The notes under the pieces were generated by a model that saw only the letters and a list, made by a program, of their open reading frames with translations, was not told where the DNA came from and did not search any database. The translations under genes and the position numbers were made by a program. A stretch of 64,000 nucleotides of DNA from Paraspadella gotoi (Eukaryota > Animalia > Chaetognatha): contig CM119270.1 of the NCBI GenBank assembly GCA_051294375.1, forward strand, positions 3,219,436 to 3,283,435, in the 5' to 3' direction. Below are positions 1 through 12,500 of the stretch, piece after piece (position 1 is the first letter of the stretch; each line of letters starts with the position of its first letter).

Positions 1-6
1 GAAGAA

Positions 7-41
<35 letters not shown>

Positions 42-741
42 AGAAGACGACATCTAACATTCAAGCGGCTGCTTATATCGAAAAACCTTTCAAAAAAACG
101 AATATCAGCGTCGAAAATCGTTTTCATAAATAGAGAAAAAAAAATATTTATGACTTGTTTATTTTCTCGTCCGCTCGATTGGAAACGAATTGAAACCGCG
201 AAAACCCGAACGCATTTTATTTTTTTTCACCAATAAAACGTCTCCCTCTTTTTTTTTAATTATTATTTAACCGATAAAATACGTTTCCCTTCTATTTATT
301 TTTTTTAATGTCGCGGTTTCTCGCCCTTCGGCCGAATGGCGCTCTGTTTCTGCTACTGAAACTGAAACATAAAATAGAGTCTTCTTCCCTTTTTTTTTGC
401 ACCAAGGCCTTTGGCTTTGAGGCGAAAGTTCGAGATCTACCCGCTCGTCAATCTGCTTGCTTCTCTGGCTTGCTTGCTTGGGTTTTTTTGTGGGGGGGGT
501 TTCTTTCTGTTCTTCTTTCTTTACTTCTTTTTTTCTTTCTTTTTTTTTCTTTCACTATATTTCTTTATTTATTCACTATTTATTTATTCACTTTATTTAT
601 TCACTTTATTTATTCACTTTATTTATTCACTTTATTTATTCACTTTATTTATTCACTATATTTCTTTATTTATTTCTTGATTTTCATTTCTTGATTTCTT
701 TGTTTCTTTATTCCTTTGTTCTTTGTTCATTTCCTTCCCCT

Positions 742-778
<37 letters not shown>

Positions 779-3136
779 NNNNNNNNNNNNNNNNNNNNNN
801 NNNNNNNNNNNNNNNNNNNNNNNNNNNNNNNNNNNNNNNNNNNNNNNNNNNNNNNNNNNNNNNNNNNNNNNNNNNNNNNNNNNNNNNNNNNNNNNNNNNN
901 NNNNNNNNNNNNNNNNNNNNNNNNNNNNNNNNNNNNNNNNNNNNNNNNNNNNNNNNNNNNNNNNNNNNNNNNNNNNNNNNNNNNNNNNNNNNNNNNNNNN
1001 NNNNNNNNNNNNNNNNNNNNNNNNNNNNNNNNNNNNNNNNTCTCTCTCTCTCTCTTTCTCTCCTCCTCAATCACTCTTTCTACCTTATCCATATTACTTT
1101 TTGAATTGATTTAATATTAATTTATTGAATAAATAGCAACCATTTTGTTCTGGCTTAAAGATTCAATCGCTCTCAACATCAAATAATAACATTTAAATAT
1201 AAAATTAATTAGCATATTTTTATCAATGTTTATTTCGTTTTATTAATGCACTTATTTTCTACAAATTTAAATTTAAATAATTTATATCTATTTAAAATTT
1301 TTTTTATGAAATTGGTACAACCAATATAAAAATTATCCATTCATTTAATAAATAAGCTATCTTGTCCCTGACTTTGGACAGGCTTTGGTGGTTTAAGGCC
1401 TCCATCACACTTACAAGATAATAACATAGCAGGTTTCTGCAAGCTTTCAATCTAGACTCTCTCACAGTCTTATTTATTCTCTCCCAGAAAAATAGCAAAA
1501 AATTAAAAAAAGTGAGAAATGATAACTCAATTTAAATTGAATGTTTTGCAAAAAAAATTGATAAAAAATTGAATTCGAAATTTTTAAATTAAATTTTTAA
1601 ATTAAATTCGATGCAAAATGGAATGATAGGATTCGAATCCCGATCAAGGTAAAATTTTACAATAAACTGCTATGTCCCAAAAGTGGTCGTACAGCAATGG
1701 CTTACCGAAAGGGAAGTAGCCATATGAGTACTCGATAACAAGACAAATTATCATTTGTACTCGAGTTACAGAGCTTGCCGTCTCAGAAATTCTAGACGGA
1801 TGCTACTGTATCATAAATGGTAACAACTTATCTTTGACATTGTTACCTCAGAAATAAGATTTAACGACACAGTTGCGCACAATTTGCAAAATTTAACCGA
1901 CAGTACGATTGGGACACACTGTATGTACTCTCCCTCTCCCTTTCTCTCTTTCTCTCTTTCTCTCTTTCNNNNNNNNNNNNNNNNNNNNNNNNNNNNNNNN
2001 NNNNNNNNNNNNNNNNNNNNNNNNNNNNNNNNNNNNNNNNNNNNNNNNNNNNNNNNNNNNNNNNNNNNNNNGGGACGTGGTCTAAGGGAGGAGGAAGAGT
2101 ATAGAAAGGAGAGAAAGGAGTAATAGTCTAAAGAAGAGTTAAGGACAAACTATTTGAACTATTTGAACTATTTGAAATATTTAAATACCTATGCAGAAAC
2201 AGGCGCAGGACCAGGGGCAAAAGAGGGGAGTGCAGATGTAGGACCTGTGCGAAGGAGACAGCTGGTGCAGGACCAGCGCGAATGAGGAGACTGCAGTCGC
2301 AGGTGGTGGTCGATGGAAAATCTAAAGGAAAGAAGGAAACTGTTAATCCAGGCGTAAAGAGAAGGAGGAAAATAAAAAAAAGAGGAAAGAATCCGATTCT
2401 NNNNNNNNNNNNNNNNNNNNNNNNNNNNNNNNNNNNNNNNNNNNNNNNNNNNNNNNNNNNNNNNNNNNNNNNNNNNNNNNNNNNNNNNNNNNNNNNNNNN
2501 NNNNNNNNNNNNNNNNNNNNNNNNNNNNNNNNNNNNNNNNNNNNNNNNNNNNNNNNNNNNNNNNNNNNNNNNNNNNNNNNNNNNNNNNNNNNNNNNNNAA
2601 AAAAAAACCCAGTCGGCGCAAAAGAAAAAAAAAGTTCGAAATCCGATTTTTGAGCAGAAAAAGGAAAAATAAAGTCAGTCGATGATGATAAACGACTAAT
2701 GATATTTAATATTTTTGAATGAAATATAAATTAAATTTAAAGATTGTTTTTAATTTTGTTGGACGAATTTTTGTGTAAAGTTTTCTTTGGTTGATTGATT
2801 GATTCATTGATTGATACATTGATTGATTGATTATTGATTGGTTTATTCACTTATTGATTGCTTGCTTGCTTGTTCGATTGATTTTTTGATTGATTGATTA
2901 AAATCAGCGGACACTAGATGTATCTAAAGAAGTTAAAAAAGTGTATTATTATCAAAACGTAAGAATTAATACTAATAAGACGAATAAAGATTTAAAACTA
3001 AGCGATTTTCTGGCGATAGTCAAATCAGTCCGAAGATCCTTAAACGNNNNNNNNNNNNNNNNNNNNNNNNNGGAAAAAAATGTTGAAATTCCTCCCGCTG
3101 AATGAAGCGTGATCACAGTTTTTTCTCTCTCCTTAG

Positions 3137-3700
3137 ACCGCTCAATGCCGACCGCCGCCCCCCACTTTTTTGAAAACGGAACACCATCAGATGCCTTTTT
3201 ATTATGTTGTGTCCATTAATGAACAACATCACGAAACCGTAATGACAGGCGGGGGCGGCGGAAGCGGCAGCGGCAGCCGCGGAAACGACAAGACCAAAGT
3301 CATCGTTGGAAACGCCTTAGGAGGGCGTTTCGCCCGGCGTTCGTCAGAATGGAGAGTGGACGAGAGGCGTCGCCTCGCCCGAACGTTTCGCCGATAGGAC
3401 GAGCGGCAGGGCGGACAATCGGAAAGGCGGACGGACGGACGGGTCTGCCGTGGGCCCGGCAGGAGGCAGGGGATGGCAAGAGAGGTAGGCGCGGCGAAAG
3501 GACGGGGATCGGTCTGCACAAACTCTTCGAACTTTCCGGATTGATTCCGCTCTTGCTTGCCGGCGTCACAACTACAATTCGGCGGCGGCGCGGCTGCGAG
3601 CGGCGGCGGGCGGCGGCGTGCGGCGGCAGCGCGAGGAGGAGCGAAGGAGGAAGGAGGCTCACATCGGTCACAATACCACCAGTTCCTGTCGCTGTCGCAG
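3137..3700 (+). CDS. Candidate coding exon (noisy copy of the 15532-15909 exon), Gly/Arg/Ser-rich, product unknown
   Basis: Acceptor TTTTCTCTCTCCTTAG|A at 3136/3137 and donor CAG|GTAAGG at 3700/3701. GC-rich island in AT-rich DNA. Frame is broken by indels in this copy. Confidence 0.4.
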
Positions 3701-4149
3701 GTAAGGGTTTGGTGGGTGAGCAGTTTAAATTAAAATAGATTAAATTAGCAAACTTTCAATATCTCGCTGTTGAATATAAACGTATCGATTTTTACTTTTA
3801 GGATTAAATTATTTTATAATATTCGTTTCGATAATAGAGGTGATTTATAAACCGTCTTTGCTGTTTTTTTAATAATCAGCTTTTTAATTTTTCTCAATTT
3901 TTTTCAATTTGTTTATTTTTTATTTTCTTTTTTTTTTCACTTTTTCCCCTCTTTATTTCTTTCCTCTGTAATTACATTGCGGTTTTCTTTTACTTTCTTT
4001 TACATTTCTTTTCATTTCTTTTTCTTTTCTCTTTTTCTTTTTCTTTTCTTTGCTCTTTTCTTTTTCTTTTCTTTGTTTATCTTTTTGTTCTTTTTGTTTA
4101 AAACATTCCGTCTCGTGTTAAATTCAGGTTTCTAAATTCTACATCTAGC

Positions 4150-5680
4150 GGGTATTGCAACAAATTTTAAAATCACTGATTTTCTCATTGGATGGTTTTA
4201 ACCTTTATTAGCTCGAGTGTATCTTTAATCGTTAATGTCAAGTTTTGACTTTTAAATAATTTGATTTAGCACAACTGATTACGTCCATTGGAGTAACGTT
4301 CTGCCGTCCTTAGCTGGTATCCAAGGATTCAACCAAACATTTTGGAGAAACGCTTTTTTTTTGATTAAAATAGTACATTAGTATTGGATGTCCGAATTTG
4401 ATTTCTTTTTTTTACATGTTTTGTTGGCGCTGTGCGTAAAAAGTACGCCAAACGATATTATTTTCCATAGTTAAATATGTGGCGTTAATGATTTTTTCAA
4501 AAACAATTTTAAAATATATCATATTAAATAAGTGTAAATGTTTTATATTTAAATTTTGGAAAAGAATTGTGGCGTAACAATGGTGTGCAAATGAACACAA
4601 ACGATATAAATATTATTAATTCTGTGGCGTAAAGAACTGTTTTGTTTATTTCTAGTAAAAACTACTCAGGTTAATTTAATTATTTTCTCCAGCCTTTTTT
4701 ATACAAGAATTTGGCGTAAGAATTGGCGTAAAATGGAACAGAAACCCCTATTATATCATTTCAATTTTGGTGGCGTAAAACTTTGTTTCACATTTTCCAA
4801 TAAAGGCTATTAAGTTAAGATGCTTGGCGGTGAATGGCGTAAATTGATCGTAAAACTCGCACTTTTATCCCCTCATCTCTTTGCCTTTCCTCCTTTTCTT
4901 TTCTTTTTATTTTTATACAATCTCCGATTACTTTTCGGTTTTGATTCTTAAATCAAAGAAAAAAGATACGAATAAAACTCAAACTCATAGATAAAATGAA
5001 AACAAAGATATACCACAGTAAAAGTCAGTGGATGCCAATTTTTTAAAAGTATAGAAATTGTGGATCAACAAATGGTCCTTGAGGTTTTATTTTGAACTTA
5101 GTTAGAAAAAAAGACTATGGAATAAAGATATTAACAATTTATAGATAATTATGATATGCATGTATAATTTTAGCAAAGGAAGAAATTGTTTTGTAGGCAG
5201 AAAAAGGATGATAAATTTAAGAATCATAATAAATATATTATATCAATTTCATACTATTGATGATTCATAGGCCTGTATATTAAACATAGGAAAGAGATGA
5301 TATAAAATGACTATTCTGCCAGAACTGCTGCGGAGGCGATTTTTGCGCAGTCATCTTTTTGGGAATCAATAATGATCAAGTGTTGAGAGAAAACCCATTT
5401 CATCTCCTGTAACCAGGGTTTTGCGAGGAAAGCCTAGCTTTTTGCGCACAATAAATTAAATATTGCTTTTGTACTATTCCAATATTTTTCTATTTAAAGA
5501 AGTTCTTTTTTCGGTTTTAGTAGACCTTTACCTTACATTACTATAGTTTAAAAAAATAAATTTTTCTTTTAGTATTTTCCATACAGTAAATAATTTCAAA
5601 AAGCCTTGTTTTTTGGACTGAATTCCTATTAATTTTGCGGCCGATAGAAAATAAAATTGATCGAAAACTGCTATCACATA
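4150..5680. mobile_element. About 1.5 kb insertion present only in this duplicate; contains a cluster of TGGCGTAA-like motifs
   Basis: Its flanks are contiguous in the other copy (16340-16360 TTTCTCAAATTTAACTCTAAGC). ATCTAG and ATCTAAG lie at the two junctions. About 9-10 TGGCGT(A/T)A-like motifs between 4425 and 4845. No ORF. Confidence 0.45.
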
Positions 5681-5857
5681 TCTAAGCTTCTGGGTTGGGT
5701 ATCACTCGCTTTCGCGTTAAGATGGTCCGGGCGACAGTTTTGTAGTCGTACGTTGTTGTCGTTCGCTCGTCTCATTTTATCATATCATATGTTAATTATC
5801 CCAGTCATTATACACATCATAATCATCATCGTTATTGATTATTTTTTATCATCAACG

Positions 5858-5892
<35 letters not shown>

Positions 5893-6014
5893 TCACACAA
5901 AAAAATATGTAGAAACAGCAACAGCAATTAATGATAACAACAAAACATGGTCATCGTCATCGTCCTCCTCGTTATCATCGTATATAAGTTCTCGTAGCGG
6001 GTCACTAGCGGTCA

Positions 6015-6047
<33 letters not shown>

Positions 6048-6288
6048 GGATCATTAGTACCGTTTTTTCCCGGCGACCCGGGGCGGAGACGGACAAAATA
6101 CCATGTCAATGGGTCCGTTGCGAGGAATTACGTCGCGTCAACGCAAGGCGTACGCCATTCCGCGCTCACGGTACGCCATCGAGGTAAAGACGCAAGAAGA
6201 GAAGACAAGAATCAAAAGAGAATGAAAGAGGAGAGGGGTGAGAAAGATAGAGAGAGGGTAGAAGGAGAGAGAAGAGAGAGAAGAGAGG

Positions 6289-6339
<51 letters not shown>

Positions 6340-6425
6340 GAAAGCAGAGAACGGTGTCAATGACGAATTGCATTTATTTCATGAGATCTTTCCCTTTCGA
6401 CGAAAGTAGAAAGAGAAGAGAGAAG

Positions 6426-6473
<48 letters not shown>

Positions 6474-9400
6474 GAGAGAGAAGAGAGAGAGAAAGAAAAA
6501 GAGAGGCTCTCAAAGAGTGTTGACGATTAGAAATAAAAAACAGGAAACAGTGAATAAAAAGTTTTTATGTTGTCTAAAAGGACACACAAACTGAGAGAGA
6601 AGCACTCCAGTCAATCAGCAAATTCAAAATAAAGGGCGGAGCAAGAAAGATGAGGAGAGAGATGAGAGAGAGAGAGAGAGGAGAGAGAGAATAGAGAGAG
6701 AGAGAAGACAGAGAAGGAAGGGAGCGTGTCTAAAACTAAAGTTCTCTAAATCTTTAAAGTTGATGTGGCAGACTTCTAACACTTTTCTGGTATGAATATT
6801 TAAATGCTGAATATAAGATAGGAAAGATGAAAAATAAAATTATGGGAGTGATGCTGTAAATACAGTTGAAACGTTAAATAAAAGAGTGATAAGTTAAAAT
6901 AAGTTAAATAAGTAAAGGGGGAGTGATGGCTGGTAAATACAAGTTGAAACCAGGATTAATAAAGGGATAAGTTAAATAAAGTTAAATTAAGTAAAAGGGA
7001 GATGATGCTTGAGGTAAAATACAGTTGAAACAGTTAAATACAGGGATAAGTTTTAACTAAAGTTAAATCACAAGTTAAATAAAGTTAAATAATAAAGGGA
7101 GTGATGCTGTAAAATAACAGTTATGACAGTTTTATAAAAATTGGGGATTGAAGGCTGGCGAGATTCTTCAGAGTTAATCAAACTGAACTGTGAGAGGTGT
7201 CTTATTAAAATATTACTCAGCGTCGTGTTATGTTATTATAGAGGAGGCATTTATCCGTCATTTATTGAATGAATGGATCATTTTCATATTTGTTTTTAGA
7301 AAATAAGTAAAGAAATGTAATAAAATAAGTTATAAAGAAAAGAGATTTTTCCCCTATTAACATATACATCAATTCCAGACCAGGAAAAATAGGAGAAAAT
7401 AACCAATCATTTTTTTTTTTGTTTGGGGAAAAAGTTTTCGCTATCGTACGACCACTTAAGTCGTTGCAGCTAAAGCGATCTGTTGATGTTGTTGTTGCAC
7501 GAATCTGTGTTACAATTGTCTTAGACTCGATGTTATTTTTATGAGCTGTCAACCTTTGCCCGTCTTTCCTTAAAGTTTTATTTTCTGCGGTTCCAAATCG
7601 TAAAGGTATCAGTTTGCCTCGTTGTCAAAAATTATTGCAACCGGTGCCGAGATGTAATTCTATCTGATGCAATGCTGCAATGAAGCACATAAGTTGTCGC
7701 TCCAGTAGTTGGTGATCCTTCATCGTGTGGTCGTCATCATCATCAGATTTGCAGGATTTCGTCATATTTTTCGACAAACTCGTCATCGTCTCGTCGTCGT
7801 TCGTCGTCGTCGGCCGTCATGTCGGGATTATCGCGTCAACGCCATATTGACGCCAGGGGACGAAATCCATCTAAGTAAAATTCTATCTCTCTACCTCCGT
7901 TTCGCTCGAACCTCACTTCCTTTTTCGCCACGCCCCTTTGAAATCATGACGCCTCAACTCCTCTCCAAAACCAAATACACTGATCTGCCAAGTCAAAATT
8001 CCCTTTAAATCTCATCCTCGGACGCCGCGGTTTTCCCTCCCCTTCCCTTCCCCCCTTTTCTCCTTCCCCTCGTTACCCCCTTCATTTTTCCCTCACCTTC
8101 TCGTCCCTTTACTCCTAATCCCCACTAGTTCGTTCCCTCCTTATTCTCCCGCCCTCAAAGAAAATAAACGGAATTCCCGCTTACCAAGAAATGTTCCCTT
8201 CAAACATCACTCAAACTGAGATTTCCTGTCGCATTGAATAAATTTCTTTTTCTTTTTTTAAACCGAATCGATCATCCGACTTCCCTTTTCACCATCACCC
8301 TTCCACCACTCACACCTCTTTCCTCACCATAACGCCACTACCCACCCTCATCTATATTACCCTCTCTCTCTCTCTCTCTCTCTCGCCCGACTCGCAGATG
8401 TTTTTCCAGGTATTTTACATATTTATCTTCTCTTCCTTTTTTTTCTTCCGCCAACACAAAACGTTTTTCAGCCTCCGGTTATTCTTTCCCCGGCCTTTCC
8501 CCTTCGGCCCCTCAAGGCGACCTCCTCCGCCCGAGCGAAGATGGCGCCCCTGAGACCCGAAGCGGCGACGCGGCGGACCGCGGGCCGGTTAGCAAACTAG
8601 TACTTCGGTTTACAACGAAGGTTTCTTGGATTCTTTCTCTTTCGAGGCTGTGAAATTTTGATGGTTGCGGATTCTCTTCTCCCGCCGTTCCGCTTGAGGT
8701 CTTTTGGAATGGCGCGGTTTTTGGGCGGGGATTGCGCGGCATGCGCGAGAAAAGCGGATGCGCGCGAAATATGTTTTCTGAACAAAGAATAGTGGAGTTG
8801 CATCATTCGGAGGGTAACGACTGTGTTGGGAGGAAGTGAGAGTCAGATATGCAAGAGAAGCGTGTGAAAGGAACGGAGAGGAGAGAGAGAGAGAGAAGAA
8901 GAGAGAAGAGAGAGAGAGAAAGAGAGAAGAGTAGAGGAGAGGGCGAGAGAGAGAGAGAGAGAATGAGAGGAGAGACGCTGATGCTTACGCTTCGCCTGCA
9001 AATAGTCGAGAGAAACTATAAAAAAAAACTAATAAGATCATCCCGCAATACATCAACGATCTCTCTCTCTCTCTCTAATCCTCCTCTCTCCTCCTCTCAG
9101 ACTCTTCTCTGTCTCTCTCTCTTCGTCTCTACTGTCTCTCTCTGCTCTGCGTCTCTCGTGTCGCTCGCTCCCTCCTTCCTCTCGGTCTCTCATCTCTTCT
9201 CATGCCTTTTGTTTTGTTTATAACTTGTTTGCCTCTATTCCCGGGTGCACTTACTGTTTACTGTTTACTTTAATCTCATTCGACGGAAAGGAGATTTCCG
9301 GCGAAATGAAAAGTTATTTCTTCCGGTTTGTCCGATCGTCGGTCACGCGGAGAGAGAGAGAGAGAGAGAGAGCAGAAAGGAGAGAAGGAGGGAGGGGATG

Positions 9401-9527
9401 AGATTGTAGAGAGAGAGGACGGAGAGAGAGACGAAGAGGAGAAGAGAGAGAGGAGAGAAGGGGGAGAGCGCCTAAATAGGAGAGGGAAGGAGCAGACATG
9501 GAGATGAAGACATATAAACAGAATAGT

Positions 9528-9598
<71 letters not shown>

Positions 9599-12500
9599 GA
9601 GAGAGAGAGAGGAGTCGCAATGAACACAAATTACGGTTAAATCTCGTTATAACAGGAATCTTTCGGTGGAAGAATTACAGTTGAACGTGTCGTTATAACG
9701 ATATATGGGTTGGCCCAAAAGAGAGAGACGAAGAGAGAGAGAGCGAGAGAGAGAAGAGAGAGAGATAAGATGAGAGAGAGAGAGAGAGGAGAGAAAATTA
9801 AAAGAATTGAAACATTAACAAGATTAATCATAAGGGCTTTCAGCTTTGCTGTGCCGCTGTTCTCTCAAGTAAAGAATATTATTGGATCAAAATCTATTTA
9901 TAACTAAGTTACAAATAATATTGCCTCAACTTTTGTTTGTTTTTCCTTATACATCGGAACAAGTCTTTCTTGTTTTTCCGCATTGAGTTTCTCACGAGCC
10001 GGTCGAGTCCTTCGAGGCGGCGTTTCGCGTGTGTGCGCACCGGCAACCGGCTCTCGGCACGCGCGCGGGCCGACTTACCCCCGCGCGCGCATATTTAATC
10101 CCAAATGAAACTATTTACTCTTCAACCGCATTTTTATTTTTCTCTCCTTTTTTGTTTTTTCCTCTTTTCAGCGACCGACCGACGGCCGACGCTGGAAATG
10201 CAGACCACGAACTCGGAAAGTTGGGTATGGCGTTGCCGGCGCCTCCCGCGCCCAGCTTCTTCTTCCATGTGAGTACGCGTGCGAGTCTCGTTCACCGGGA
10301 TTCGCACACCATCCGTTGTGAAGAGTAGTCCGTGATTGCACCGGTTCACACACAGTCTGTCATACACTTTCTCGGGTCATCAAACTTCGCTTCCGGACTG
10401 TCTCCCGCATCTTTCGTCACTTTTTCCGTTTTAAGATCGAAAAAATATCAGAAAAAGACATAATCGATTAAGGGAAAAAGAAGGAAAAGAAAAAAAGAAA
10501 AGAAAAAGAAAAGGAAAAGAGTTGAAAGCTAGGAAAAATGGAGGTTGCCATTTTCTGTGAATGGGAGATAGAGAAAATAGAGATCGAGGAAAAATATTTT
10601 TAAAAAACGAGGGAAAGAATGAGAGGGATAAAAATGAGCATTCTGGAAAAAAAAATTTAAGCATAAATTTTCCGAAATATACCGCGATTCTGTTTTCTAA
10701 TCTGAACTTAATTTTAATGTTTTATTTAACCAACTCAAAAACCTTAATGCCCTAACTTAATTCCCTAGACCATCTTTTATCTCTAACACATGACATAAAT
10801 CATTAAACCTCAAACATTCCTAATTAGAATTTACTGAAAAGAACGACTTTTGGAAATATTGAATAAAAAATTCAAATGGAACCGAAATCTGAAGCGGAAG
10901 GGGTTTTCTTGTCCTTCTTGTCTCCTTTTTTTTTTTGAAGATCAAAAAAAAAGTTTGAGCTCAATTTAATACGAAAAAAAAAGTTGAGATGAAGAAAAGA
11001 AGACAATGCCGGCAAATACATGAGCAGAAAGAAAAAAAAAGATTAAAAATAAGTTTCAATTCTGATTCGCTTTTAATTTTTCGCTTGACCGTTTCTCTTC
11101 TTCTTTTTTATTTTTTTTCCTTTTTTTCCTTTTTTTTCTTATTTTTTTTGAAGAGAGATTCGCTTTTTGGGATGAATATCGATAGGGTGCAGCGACTCTC
11201 CCTCTGCACATTCGGTTTGCAGCAACGTGCAATTGACATGCATCATGGCGTAATCTCCACTAGAAGATCAAGGCGACAATGTCTAAGATTGTGTCCGGCA
11301 ATGGCCATTCGCATCTGTAATTGGCAAATCATGGTTTACTCCCACTCGTTAGAATTGTATGTATTGCTAATTTGTGCAATTTATCATCCGTTCTGAAATA
11401 TAAACCGACCCTGTATTTATTTAGGTATTTATTTAATCTTTTGCGCCATGTAAACTTGTTTCTTCTTTATTTTCAGTTTATTTCACAGTGAAGACGCCTA
11501 ACCACACAAAAAGACATCCATCACATTTGGCGAAAGATCGATCGAATTATACATGCAACTCATCCTCTCAGTCTCCACCCCATCACGCCCTTACTCCTGA
11601 TTCCTGACCTCCTGACCGCTTTCACTACGCTGCTCACTCCTCCCTCTTGCAACGTCCTCAACGAAACTATACCGTCTTCGTCAATTTAGTTAAGCGCGTT
11701 TAGCAAGAACATAAAATAAGAAAAAAAAAAAAAAAAAACAAAATTCAGGTCTATACATTAGCCCGTTTGGAAAACCTTATTTTGTTTCTGTCTTGTCTCC
11801 CTCTCTTCACTCGCATCATGCTCGTCGTCCTCTCTCTCTCCTCTTTCGTTTCACCATCTTCTCTCCTGTTCTTTCTCTCCTCTCCTCTCTCTCTCTCCAT
11901 CACTCACTTCTCTTTGTCCTCCATCTCTCCCATTCTAGTCTCTAGATCAATATACTAATTACATATGAGGACGTTACGTGATGTCATTATATTTTTTTTC
12001 TTCTTTTTATTTATTATTTTCTTATTTTTCTGGACCCAAATTTAATTTTCATTTTTACATTTTCGATCGCATCTTTCTGACCCTGAACCGATTCAAAACA
12101 ATTTTGGTATAAAACACATAAAAAAACAAGAATTATTGTAACATATTTGATCTGTACTCCATGTGGCGTGTTACTTTTAAACTGCAAATCCGCACAGTCT
12201 GCCGTACGTGAAAATATGACTACCGGAAAGAAGGGGTATATAAATTATAATCAAAAAGATTCAGGAACGGAAGATATTATGGGAACACGAAGTATGAAAT
12301 ACTTGAGATCTCTGACGCATGCTGCAATTAATTATATTTTTATGCGTAAATACAGAAAAAACGAAATGTTCGATCTATTCTATGACATGTCTATAATACG
12401 ACGATTAATTGTGCGACCTGATGCTGTGCTTTGACATACGACTCTGTACGACATTACTGGTAGATAGAACATTATCAGTTTTCATCCATCTTGTTGGCGA

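Noticed and set aside
1628-1645. GGATTCGAATCCC resembling a tRNA/SINE B-box
   Set aside because: No A-box or cloverleaf nearby on either strand.
308-2653. Long F/L/S-rich and X-containing ORFs
   Set aside because: They run through (CT)n, (TTTATTCAC)n tracts and N-gaps; no coding signal.
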